64,000 nucleotides of DNA from Eubacteriales bacterium (GCA_045531485.1 JAZSEC010000013.1:4510-68509), one strand, 5' to 3'. Positions 1 to 8,013 are shown, numbered from the stretch's first letter. Notes: a model not told the origin generated them from the sequence alone. Numbers and translations: made by a program.

Positions 1-1163
1 GAAGTAAAATCCAGTTTGTATTCGTTAGATAGATAATTAGAGACAAATATATATCGATTAAGAATTGATTTATAATAATGACTTCCTGTTGCAAAGAAAA
101 CTTCATCAAACTCTTTTTTATCGATATTAATATTCTCCCAAAAAACAGGATAATATGTACAGCGTTCTATATCAGATGCAATTTTCCCAGTATTGATTGT
201 ATCAAAGATATCTAATGAACAATCATGTATAACAGAAAATCCCCAGAATAGCCCTTCAAATAATAATGTATTATCTGCAAATGAAGCATTATCAGAAATA
301 AAATGATTTTTTATCGAATATAGCTTTTCGATAATTTTCTCAAAAAAGCTAAGAACCTCTGTAGGATCTTGCTTAGCAACCTTTATCAAATAATAATTAT
401 TTATTACGTCTGATTTTGAGTTTGCTCCAGCATAGCTTTGAATAGGTACATACCTCAAAGACAACACGGTGCGAACACGAGATAAAATGTAATTAATCTT
501 ATCTCTTTCTTGAATGTTTTGTTTTCTTCTAGGCATCAAGATTTCCTGGCACTTCTTAAGAAATTCCGGATTTTGTTCCAAATAATCTTTAAAAGCATGA
601 ACTAAAGGATCATTGATATATGCTGCACGTTCAATCTCTTGGGGTTTTAATGCAACAATGCCCGAATTGTACCTCGTAAATATTTCTTTCTTCACCTTAT
701 CCTCTTGTGACGGAGTAAGGGCGGGCTCATTTACAATGCTAAATTGCAAAATTCGAATCTTTGTATTTTTAAAATTCTCTTTAATTTCTTCTGGTAGTTC
801 TGCAAAACGTTTTCCACTCAATGAAGACAAGGACTTTAGTCCAACTTCATTAAGCGACAACGAATTCTCTAGAAATTTTTTTATAGTTTCATATCTCTGA
901 CGCCCATCAATAACTTCATTTTTCGTACCATCATCAAATAATACAATAGGGGGGATCTCAGTCCCAAGAAGAATACTCTCAATAAAATATGTTGCTTTCT
1001 CTTCATCCCAAACATATTTCCTTTGAAAATATGGAGCGTAATCAATTCTATTCGCATATCTTGCATTTAAAAATGTATGTGCTATGGATTTAACGGAATT
1101 TTCTATTTTAAGATGAGTTTTAAAAATTTCTATAATATCGGAACAATCCAATTCAATACTCAT
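1..1163 (-). CDS. DUF262 (GmrSD / ParB-like nuclease N-terminal domain) protein; 3' end lies beyond the window edge
   Basis: Absent from the supplied ORF track because there is no stop in the window. ATG at 1163-1161 is preceded by GGAGA (rc of 1171-1175). Manual translation is open for 387 codons to position 1: MSIELDCSDIIEIF...APYFQRKYVWDEEKATYFIESILLGTEIPPIVLFDDGTKNEVIDGRQRYETI... This matches the DUF262 QR..W and DGxQR signatures. Confidence 0.8.
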   Translation of the reverse strand, partial: MSIELDCSDIIEIFKTHLKIENSVKSIAHTFLNARYANRIDYAPYFQRKYVWDEEKATYFIESILLGTEIPPIVLFDDGTKNEVIDGRQRYETIKKFLENSLSLNEVGLKSLSSLSGKRFAELPEEIKENFKNTKIRILQFSIVNEPALTPSQEDKVKKEIFTRYNSGIVALKPQEIERAAYINDPLVHAFKDYLEQNPEFLKKCQEILMPRRKQNIQERDKINYILSRVRTVLSLRYVPIQSYAGANSKSDVINNYYLIKVAKQDPTEVLSFFEKIIEKLYSIKNHFISDNASFADNTLLFEGLFWGFSVIHDCSLDIFDTINTGKIASDIERCTYYPVFWENINIDKKEFDEVFFATGSHYYKSILNRYIFVSNYLSNEYKLDFT

Positions 1164-1175
1164 ATATTTATCTCC

Positions 1176-2702
1176 TTAATTTATTTTGATTCTACTGGGA
1201 AATTTCTTATCACTAAATTGTGATTCGTTTTTGTTAACAACAGACCCTTGGAAAAAGAATTCATTGTTGTAGTTCATCCGCTGTTTAACCAATCCGTCTA
1301 AAGCAAAACGAAATGTATACTGCCAGCTTGGGTTTGAAAAAGCCTTTGGAAGCTGGTGAATTGCAGGTAACCAATCATATATATATCTACATTCATCAAA
1401 TACAATCAAATCCGTAAACATTCTTGTTTGCTTTGCTTTATAGGTTAATCTCATAGCATTTTCAGTACAATAGTGCATAGGGTATGATAGTTGATTTATT
1501 ACCGAATCAAAAAACAACATTTTATTAGGCTTGTCCAAAAATTGATACATATTACATGCATTGTCGAAAAATGAGAGAGTATCATTCAAGCTATAATTAA
1601 TATCAAGTTCTAAATTACGAATGTCATAGGATTTTTGCAAGCATGAAAGAAGTACTCTAGCTTCCGTAGAATAGAGCGAACCTCCTATCTCGGCTTCTAA
1701 TTTATCACATCGCGAAAGCCCTTTGAAGTCAGCGTTTTTTTGCGACAACAAGGCATTAAGTGCAAAAAATTTCAGTAACGTATTATTCTTAATGGTATTT
1801 ACATCAATGAAATCATATCGCTTGTTTCTTATCGGTGTAGTGGGAGATATGTAATTCAAAAAAGGAGAATTGCAAAATCTCAATAGAGGAACTGTTATTG
1901 AAGCGGAATTGCATATCATAGCAGTAATAAATTCACCATAATAGGTTTCCAAATTCTCACTTATGGTCTTCTTATAAGATTCATAATTACCTGTAAGAGA
2001 TATCTTCCCCCCCATGTCAACAGCACAAACAGAAGGATTCTCTTTGATATAAAAATACCGTGTAATGATATCTATATACTCTTCACGTAATTGAAGATTA
2101 GTTGAATCGATATCAGAAAAATTAGATATAAGCACTCCCGGAGATTCAAGTCGATGATTCTTGAACAAAGCGGAAATGCAACGCAAAGCATGCTTATCTG
2201 AAATCAAAGCGGCACAGGCATCAATATAAACAATATCAAACTTTTTAGGAGTAGATTCGAAAAAATTTTCTATTGAAGTCTTCACAATTTTAGGTTGCAT
2301 AAAATCGGAAGAATCAATGGATTGCAGTGCTTGAAGATATGTATTTTGATGATTTTCAAATGCCCAAATGTTTTGTGGCAATACCCCTAAAGATACGAAT
2401 TCTTTGAAATCATTTTCGGGTTCTGGACCAGATAAATAACAAACCGATAGCTCAGCAGGACTTTTAATACCAACTTTTTCAATGTGCATTTGCTCCCAAG
2501 CTTGAATGTATTTTAAATCTATTTTCTTAGCCTCTGTTTGCTCATGTGATTCTTCTATATCAAGAAAGTAATCATATAAATCCCTAACATAAGAACGTCT
2601 AACACAACAAGCATTTGAACGATTGGTTGTTAAATAATCAATTGCAGTTTTTATAACTGAATGTCTAACTTTGTTTTTGGAATCTTGTGTGTAAATTCCC
2701 AT
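1176..2702 (-). CDS. hypothetical 508-aa protein; N-terminal half has weak Rossmann / SAM-methyltransferase-like strand pattern
   Basis: ORF track. RBS AAGGAGA lies upstream of the ATG. The stop at 1176-1178 is 12 nt before the DUF262 ATG, with the DUF262 RBS in between. Segments VCYLSG...WAFENH...FDIVYIDACAAL...GVLISNF resemble MTase motifs I/II/IV, but there is no GxGxG or DPPY. No family recognised. Confidence 0.65.
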   Translation of the reverse strand: MGIYTQDSKNKVRHSVIKTAIDYLTTNRSNACCVRRSYVRDLYDYFLDIEESHEQTEAKKIDLKYIQAWEQMHIEKVGIKSPAELSVCYLSGPEPENDFKEFVSLGVLPQNIWAFENHQNTYLQALQSIDSSDFMQPKIVKTSIENFFESTPKKFDIVYIDACAALISDKHALRCISALFKNHRLESPGVLISNFSDIDSTNLQLREEYIDIITRYFYIKENPSVCAVDMGGKISLTGNYESYKKTISENLETYYGEFITAMICNSASITVPLLRFCNSPFLNYISPTTPIRNKRYDFIDVNTIKNNTLLKFFALNALLSQKNADFKGLSRCDKLEAEIGGSLYSTEARVLLSCLQKSYDIRNLELDINYSLNDTLSFFDNACNMYQFLDKPNKMLFFDSVINQLSYPMHYCTENAMRLTYKAKQTRMFTDLIVFDECRYIYDWLPAIHQLPKAFSNPSWQYTFRFALDGLVKQRMNYNNEFFFQGSVVNKNESQFSDKKFPSRIKIN

Positions 2703-2732
2703 TATTTTTTCTCCTTATTATCAGTTTTGAAA

Positions 2733-2741
2733 ATTATATCA
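2733..2741 (-). promoter_or_regulatory. extended -10 element (TGATATAAT) upstream of the 508-aa/DUF262 operon
   Basis: The reverse complement of 2733-2741 reads TGATATAAT, about 30 nt upstream of the ATG at 2702. No good -35 was seen. Confidence 0.35.
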
Positions 2742-3050
2742 TAAACGAATCCACCTAGGGCTATGCAAACCATAGAATCTGCCTTTGAAAATATTAGAAT
2801 CCAAAGCATCCTTTTTTAATCCAGGAAATTATATTTTCGTAATCATTTACAAGGAGAGATCGTTCATTTTAATATTATACCGGTTTGTTTGACAAAATTC
2901 TTCAAATTATGCAAGATTTTTTTATTTTATTAAAAAGGACTAATTGGAAATGATGCGATAAGTTGTGATTGCTGGGAAAATACAATAAGATAATTAAAGA
3001 ATGTACCTAAAAAAACTTTTCTGTCATAAAAAATATCTTTATCTATGTTT

Positions 3051-3701
3051 TTAAAATCTAATTTGCAGTTCTATTAATTCTTCCATAGCGCAACCTAATA
3101 CTCTTGCAATACGATAAATAGTTTCGGCGTTTGCTTTGTTAATATCCTTATTTCTCTGTTCGTACATTTGAATCGAGCGAAGGCTTACATCTGACATCTT
3201 TGCAAGTTCTGCCTGGGTTATGCCGTATGCAGTACGAATACGCTTTAAGTTTGTTTCGGGAAAATACTCCAACATTCGCTCATTTATTACATCTATGAAC
3301 TTTGATATATCAGCTTCATGCAACGTATAATACATCTGTTCAAGCTCGCTAAAGGAAACGACCTTAAAAATATCGCTATACTTTCTTGAAGTATACCAAT
3401 GATAATAAGCAAGCACCCAGCCTATCCAATATTCCTTTGACCTACCAAAGTTCTCTGTAGGCTCTATTTCGAGTACTTTACCCATTGTTTCAAAAACAAC
3501 TTCTCTTGCTATTTCAATGCCACTTTTACCTGAAACGTATTTGGGTTCGCCCTTCTCCATTTTCTTTGATACAGAGCTTACCAAAAACATCTTTACAAAG
3601 TTCTCGCCAGAAATACCACAGGTATTTATAGCATAATCAAAGGCTTCACCGAGTGCTGCCTGAGCGTTATTTAGATATATTTCTTGGTATGCGCGGATCA
3701 T
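3051..3701 (-). CDS. DUF3791-like N-terminal domain fused to a C-terminal XRE-family helix-turn-helix
   Basis: ORF track. The C-terminus LKRIRTAYGITQAELAKMSDVSLRSIQMYEQRNKDINKANAETIYRIARVLGC is a classic XRE HTH. The N-terminal EYWIGWVLAYYHWY region is typical of DUF3791. It overlaps the upstream DUF3990 gene by 35 nt. Confidence 0.8.
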   Translation of the reverse strand: MIRAYQEIYLNNAQAALGEAFDYAINTCGISGENFVKMFLVSSVSKKMEKGEPKYVSGKSGIEIAREVVFETMGKVLEIEPTENFGRSKEYWIGWVLAYYHWYTSRKYSDIFKVVSFSELEQMYYTLHEADISKFIDVINERMLEYFPETNLKRIRTAYGITQAELAKMSDVSLRSIQMYEQRNKDINKANAETIYRIARVLGCAMEELIELQIRF

Positions 3702-4359
3702 CGTTTTTAATACCTCCTCTGATTATATCTTGAATATATAGACCGTCGCCCTCTTCCTCGAGCATTTCAAGATACAGCCTATTAGCTTCATCGTCACGGG
3801 ATTTTCTAAGCACATAAAATTCTTCTTTTTCTGCAACTTCAAATCCTTCAAACTTTAAGCGAGAGAACGCAAACTGCGATTTTATTACAATCTGCTCGCC
3901 AAGCTTACCAAGCTTCATAGCCCTTGCAAGCTGTTCTACCGATATTCCGTTGTTAAGGAAGCTTTCCGCATAATCGAAATAAGAATCGTCGGCACGGTAG
4001 CCGGTAATTATATCAAAAGCATTTACGTTAATACTAAAATTATCAATAAGATATTGCTTTGCCCTTCTTGCTACAGGAGTTTTTATCGAGAAAAGACGAT
4101 GCTCTACAAGAACGGTTATCCAATTAAGAATAGTGTACTCGGGGCTGTTCAAGTTTAATATTCTCATATACTCGGTATCTAATGTATACTTATTGGCAAA
4201 GCCGTTACGAAGCGAGGATACTGCCCATTCCTTCGCAAGGCCTTCACTCTCTGTACCATAAAAGCCAAGTCCAAAGTCGTTGTTTTTCTTACCTTCTCCA
4301 AAGGTAGGAACTTCAACTATTTTTTCTGATCCGTGATATATAGTAATTATCTTCTCCAT
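3667..4359 (-). CDS. DUF3990 domain protein
   Basis: ORF track. Motifs IYHGS, FGLGFYGT and GYRADDSYF are characteristic of DUF3990. RBS GGAGG lies upstream of the ATG at 4359. Confidence 0.8.
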   Translation of the reverse strand: MEKIITIYHGSEKIVEVPTFGEGKKNNDFGLGFYGTESEGLAKEWAVSSLRNGFANKYTLDTEYMRILNLNSPEYTILNWITVLVEHRLFSIKTPVARRAKQYLIDNFSINVNAFDIITGYRADDSYFDYAESFLNNGISVEQLARAMKLGKLGEQIVIKSQFAFSRLKFEGFEVAEKEEFYVLRKSRDDEANRLYLEMLEEEGDGLYIQDIIRGGIKNDDPRIPRNISK

Positions 4360-4390
4360 TTGTTAATACCTCCATTCTTTATAAATATTA

Positions 4391-4406
4391 TATCACCATA
4401 GTGATA
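4391..4406. promoter_or_regulatory. operator-like palindrome TATCAC-N4-GTGATA (site 1)
   Basis: tatcaccatagtgata is a perfect 6+6 inverted repeat in the 5' UTR of the DUF3990 operon. Confidence 0.5.
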
Positions 4407-4444
4407 GTTTGTCAATATGTTTTAAAAAGAAACTATTGATTTTA

Positions 4445-4460
4445 TATCACTGTGGTGATA
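4445..4460. promoter_or_regulatory. operator-like palindrome TATCAC-N4-GTGATA (site 2)
   Basis: tatcactgtggtgata has the same half-sites as site 1 and sits 54 bp away (centre to centre), immediately downstream of the putative -10. Confidence 0.5.
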
Positions 4461-4463
4461 TTT

Positions 4464-4491
4464 TTTATAATCATCTTCTGCAAATTGTCAA
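4464..4491 (-). promoter_or_regulatory. putative sigma-A promoter for the DUF3990/HTH operon
   Basis: On the minus strand: TTGACA (rc of 4486-4491), a 16-nt spacer, then TATAAA (rc of 4464-4469). The -35 lies inside the left arm of the 25-bp inverted repeat. Confidence 0.4.
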
Positions 4492-4599
4492 GGGTGTATT
4501 CGAAGAAAATAAGACTGAAAACTAAAAGCTAGCCGACATCATTATCTTTTTTTCTGACATCTTACTTTAATTGTCCTTGACAATTTGCAGAAGATGATT
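4469..4599. repeat. 25-bp perfect inverted repeat (4469-4493 / 4575-4599) flanking an 81-bp spacer
   Basis: aatcatcttctgcaaattgtcaagg is exactly the reverse complement of ccttgacaatttgcagaagatgatt. Both arms were checked base by base. Confidence 0.95.
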
Positions 4600-4766
4600 T
4601 TTTCTTTTGTTGAGTTTTTTGAGGAAAAAGTTAATTAGCTAAATAAGATTACCCAATAGTTCCTTTTTTATCACAATGCTAAAATGCTACACTGACAATG
4701 AAGCTGTTCGATCGTTAAAAATACTGCACTTCCGGTCAGTGCAAATACTGAAGAAAGGAGGGCTAC

Positions 4767-4943
4767 GTGCCAAAGAAGGAACTGAATAGTAATAAGCTTT
4801 TTGCTGCCCTAAAGCTTATTGAGCAACTAAACCACGATGGTTATTTGCCGGCGTATATATTCAAAAATATCCTCAACGAATACGCAGACAAAATTGATAT
4901 ATCCAAATTTACCATAAAAGAAACAGAAAAGAAAGGAGAATAA
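4767..4943 (+). CDS. small 58-aa ORF immediately upstream of the recombinase (possible accessory or TnpW-like factor)
   Basis: Not in the ORF track. GTG at 4767 follows AAGGAGGG. Product: MPKKELNSNKLFAALKLIEQLNHDGYLPAYIFKNILNEYADKIDISKFTIKETEKKGE. The TAA at 4941-4943 is 1 nt before the recombinase GTG. Confidence 0.45.
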   Translation: MPKKELNSNKLFAALKLIEQLNHDGYLPAYIFKNILNEYADKIDISKFTIKETEKKGE

Positions 4944-4944
4944 A

Positions 4945-6705
4945 GTGTACTCATACGCACAAGATCTTTTTCGAGAAAAAAGAAAAGTTGTAATTTATGC
5001 CCGTGTATCAACTGAACACGAAGCACAGCTCTCTGCCCTTGAAAATCAGATTGATTGGTACAAACCTATTTTAGATGCCCACCCTGAATGGGAGCTTGTC
5101 GGAACGTACATAGACGAAGGTATTACCGGAACGTCGGCCGAAAAGCGTGAGCAATTTATGAGAATGATTGCTGATGCTAAAGAGCATAAGTTCGATCTGA
5201 TCATCACAAGAGAGGTTTCAAGATTTGCAAGAAACACCGTAGATACCCTACAATATACTCGTGAGCTTCGCCGTATTGGAGTTGAGGTTTTCTTCCTTAA
5301 TGATAATATAAAAACCTTTGACGGTGATGGCGAGTTAAGACTTACCATTATGGCGACACTTGCCCAGGATGAAAGCCGCAAGACTTCTATCAGAGTAAAA
5401 AGTGGTCAGCAAACCTCTATGGAAAAAGGCGTGGTGTACGGCAACGGCAACATTCTTGGATATAAACGTGTTGGAAAAGAAATGGTCATAGACCCCGAAC
5501 AAGCCAAAACAGTGCGATTGATTTATGATTTATACCTCCAAGGCTACGGAATAATGAAAATAAAACACGAACTGGAGGCTAAAGGAATAAAGACGTCCAC
5601 AGGCAAAGAAAGATGGGCGGCTACGGTTATTTCAAATGTTCTAAAAAACACTTTTTACTATGGTGTAATGACTTATCATAAAGAGTACGTTCCAGACTAT
5701 CTTACTCAAAAGAAAATTAAGAATAAAGGAACTCTTGAACTGACGCAGACCATTGGAAAACACGAACCAATAGTTACTAAGGAAGAGTATGATAAAGTTC
5801 AAGAAATTCTAAGTAAGAGAACCAGAATTATCAAAGATAAAACACGAGAAAGAAGATTGCAAGGAGTAAATACCCCCTCGCATCCCTGGAGCAAACTGCT
5901 TCATTGTTACTGTGGACACAGCTTTAATCGCCAACATTATTCTCAAAAAGGGAGACGACAAGTATATACTTACATATGCAACAGGAAAAGAATGGAGGGA
6001 TCTATAAAAACAAGAACAAAGAAGGGATTACCTATAGATGACGTTTGCATGTCTCCTACTTTAAGCGAAGCAAGGCTCGAAATGATGGCGATGTATATTT
6101 TTGAAAATTACATTACGAAAAGAGACGTCATTGCTAAATTAGCAAAAGAAATCCTTGCCCAGCATATAAACGATAAACCTGATATGCCGGACCAAGAAGA
6201 TTTAATACGCTCTCTAGAAAACGAGCTACAAAAAATAGAAAAGCGATTTGACGTGTTAATTGAACTGCGTGCTGATGGTGAAATCGATAAAACAATCTTT
6301 CGAAAAAAGACAAGCGAGTTAGAAGAGAAAAAAGGAGAAATTAACAAAAATCTTGCTACTCTTAAAAATTCATCTAACAGCAACTCACGAGTTGATCTTA
6401 CAAAAAAGCTAAAGCAGTTGAATGAAATAATAGATTCGTCGATAGAGATCGAGAAGAACAAACAAATTCCAACTAGCGTGCTTGAGTGTTTTATTAGCAA
6501 AATAATTGTTTGCCCGGGTCACTTGGAATGGCATCTAAGAACCGGTACAGAAATCACGAAGGATGATGACAAAACCAAGCCCATTAAGTTAGCTGAATTT
6601 AAGATAAATCGCGAATTTGCTATCAATTTTTTATCTCAGAATTCAGGTGCTCATCACTTCAAATTTTCATGCTGGAAAGACGAAAAAATAGAAATTTATA
6701 TATAA
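4945..6705 (+). CDS. large serine recombinase (resolvase N-terminal domain + recombinase domain + zinc ribbon + coiled coil, TnpX-like)
   Basis: VVIYARVSTEHEAQLSALENQ contains the catalytic Ser motif. ITREVSRFARN and LAQDESRKTSIRVK are also present. Cys cluster CYCGHSF...YICNRK and a long C-terminal coiled-coil-like region follow. Confidence 0.9.
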   Translation: MYSYAQDLFREKRKVVIYARVSTEHEAQLSALENQIDWYKPILDAHPEWELVGTYIDEGITGTSAEKREQFMRMIADAKEHKFDLIITREVSRFARNTVDTLQYTRELRRIGVEVFFLNDNIKTFDGDGELRLTIMATLAQDESRKTSIRVKSGQQTSMEKGVVYGNGNILGYKRVGKEMVIDPEQAKTVRLIYDLYLQGYGIMKIKHELEAKGIKTSTGKERWAATVISNVLKNTFYYGVMTYHKEYVPDYLTQKKIKNKGTLELTQTIGKHEPIVTKEEYDKVQEILSKRTRIIKDKTRERRLQGVNTPSHPWSKLLHCYCGHSFNRQHYSQKGRRQVYTYICNRKRMEGSIKTRTKKGLPIDDVCMSPTLSEARLEMMAMYIFENYITKRDVIAKLAKEILAQHINDKPDMPDQEDLIRSLENELQKIEKRFDVLIELRADGEIDKTIFRKKTSELEEKKGEINKNLATLKNSSNSNSRVDLTKKLKQLNEIIDSSIEIEKNKQIPTSVLECFISKIIVCPGHLEWHLRTGTEITKDDDKTKPIKLAEFKINREFAINFLSQNSGAHHFKFSCWKDEKIEIYI

Positions 6706-7047
6706 ATATTATATATTTATATATAAAAATCGACGTCCAAATATAATAGCGAGGCAGGCTGCACTTAAGAACTAATTTAAGGCATTTTTGCAAAAAAATG
6801 CACCGCGAGCCCGCTGTGAGTTTAGTTTAGCACAAGCTAAACGGCTCGCAGGCTCAGGCTGCTCTCAAATAAGAGTGGAAATCGCCTAAAAACACCAGTT
6901 TTTGCGAACTACGGTTGTCAAAATATCGCTTCTAACGCTTATATAATATAATTGAAGTCATTCGACTAACAGAATATTATTGATAGCAATGGAACGAAAA
7001 AATGACGGCTATATAAAAACCCATTCTTAATAGAATAATTTTTTTAA

Positions 7048-7078
7048 GCCCTCGGCGTAAAAAACGAGGGCTTTTTTT
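7048..7078 (+). terminator. rho-independent terminator-like hairpin
   Basis: gccctcg...cgagggc stem followed by a T7 run. Confidence 0.55.
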
Positions 7079-7194
7079 ATTTATAAGCGTGACAGATAAT
7101 TATATTTTTTGCCTTTCGAGAACGGATCGTATCGCTTTAGCAAAAAACAATATGATAAACAATATTTTTCCTTGATTTACGAAACACAGAAAAA

Positions 7195-7218
7195 CCACCG
7201 CGGTGTTACCCGTGGTGG
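7195..7218 (-). terminator. hairpin ccaccgcgg-tgttac-ccgtggtgg (copy 1), flanked by A/T runs
   Basis: 9-bp stem with one G-U pair. T-runs are present on both strands. It lies just downstream of the RHS relic stop. Confidence 0.5.
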
Positions 7219-7241
7219 CCTTTTTAATATAAAATTGTAAA

Positions 7242-7529
7242 TCAGTTAGTAATTATTGGCTGTTCAGCAACGATCTGGCTACCGTTAAGATAATATGTAT
7301 GAGTAACCTCGTCAACCGTCTTGCTTGTTCTTATACCATTGTCATCATAGGTAAAGGACATTTCCTTGGTAGCTGTTTCTGCTTCAACAAGTCTGCGACC
7401 TTCCCATGCAAAGGTGTAAGCGCTTCCATTATAATATGAAAGAGGATTGCCTATCTCGTCATATGTGATGGTTGTGCCGTTATAGCTTGTCAGCAGATCG
7501 CCCCACTGGGAATCGGAAAAAGCTTGTCC
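7242..7529 (-). pseudogene. RHS / YD-repeat core fragment without a start codon (relic)
   Basis: Manual translation of 95 codons: GQAFSDSQWGDLLTSYNGTTITYDEIGNPLSYYNGSAYTFAWEGRRLVEAETATKEMSFTYDDNGIRTSKTVDEVTHTYYLNGSQIVAEQPIITN*. These are typical YD repeats. An in-frame TGA lies directly upstream at 7530-7532. Confidence 0.7.
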
Positions 7530-7532
7530 TCA

Positions 7533-7556
7533 CCACCACGGTGTTACCCGTGGTGG
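7533..7556 (-). terminator. hairpin ccaccacgg-tgttac-ccgtggtgg (copy 2) downstream of the immunity gene
   Basis: Perfect 9-bp stem, near-identical to the copy at 7195-7218. Confidence 0.5.
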
Positions 7557-7593
7557 CTTTTGTTATAAAATAATTAATTATAGTGCCATACAT

Positions 7594-8013
7594 TTATTTC
7601 TCGGTTCCAATAGCATTGTCATATATAAACCTAAGTATCCAAAACAATGAATAAAAAACTAATACATATACCCATAGTTTCGAGTTTGGATATAGTGTAA
7701 AAGACACACAAGAAAGGCACAAGGTGACGATAACCACAACAAAATGAACATAAGATAGAATCGCTATAGTTCTATATTTTCTTTCATACCATTCTTTGAA
7801 TAAAGGAATCCACAACAATCTCTCAACCAATGTCCAGTTGCCTTTATAGTGTTTGTGCGCTCTCTTCCAGCTTTTACCATGACCATATCTTCTTGGGTAT
7901 GCTCGAGCTATGATAACCATTCTAGCATGCCAATCTGTCAAAAATAGTGGACAAATAACTCCTATTATCATTGTTACATAAAATATGGCATACATATTTT
8001 CAATAGTGTTCAT
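7594..8013 (-). CDS. putative multi-pass membrane immunity protein for the upstream RHS toxin
   Basis: 139 aa with about 4 hydrophobic segments. It starts 4 nt after the toxin stop. No recognised family. Confidence 0.6.
   Translation of the reverse strand: MNTIENMYAIFYVTMIIGVICPLFLTDWHARMVIIARAYPRRYGHGKSWKRAHKHYKGNWTLVERLLWIPLFKEWYERKYRTIAILSYVHFVVVIVTLCLSCVSFTLYPNSKLWVYVLVFYSLFWILRFIYDNAIGTEK

Larger units (their letters stand above)
1..6728. mobile_element. right-hand part of an AT-rich integrative island ending just past the serine recombinase gene (left end outside window)
   Basis: The recombinase sits at the extreme right end. There is a visible composition shift (AT-rich to about balanced) at about 6728. 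The cargo consists of defence/TA-like genes. The boundary is inferred, not demonstrated. Confidence 0.5.

Noticed and set aside
613-900. 95-aa plus-strand ORF (and the 881-1066 minus-strand ORF) at the left edge
   Set aside because: Both overlap the 387-codon DUF262 frame, one on the opposite strand and one in a different frame. They have no motifs and no RBS.
6869-6884. 13-nt identity (ataagagtggaaa) with 55789-55801, as evidence that 6780-6930 belongs to the repeat family
   Set aside because: A rough estimate predicts dozens of chance 13-mer matches within 64 kb on both strands. No extended collinear similarity was seen.
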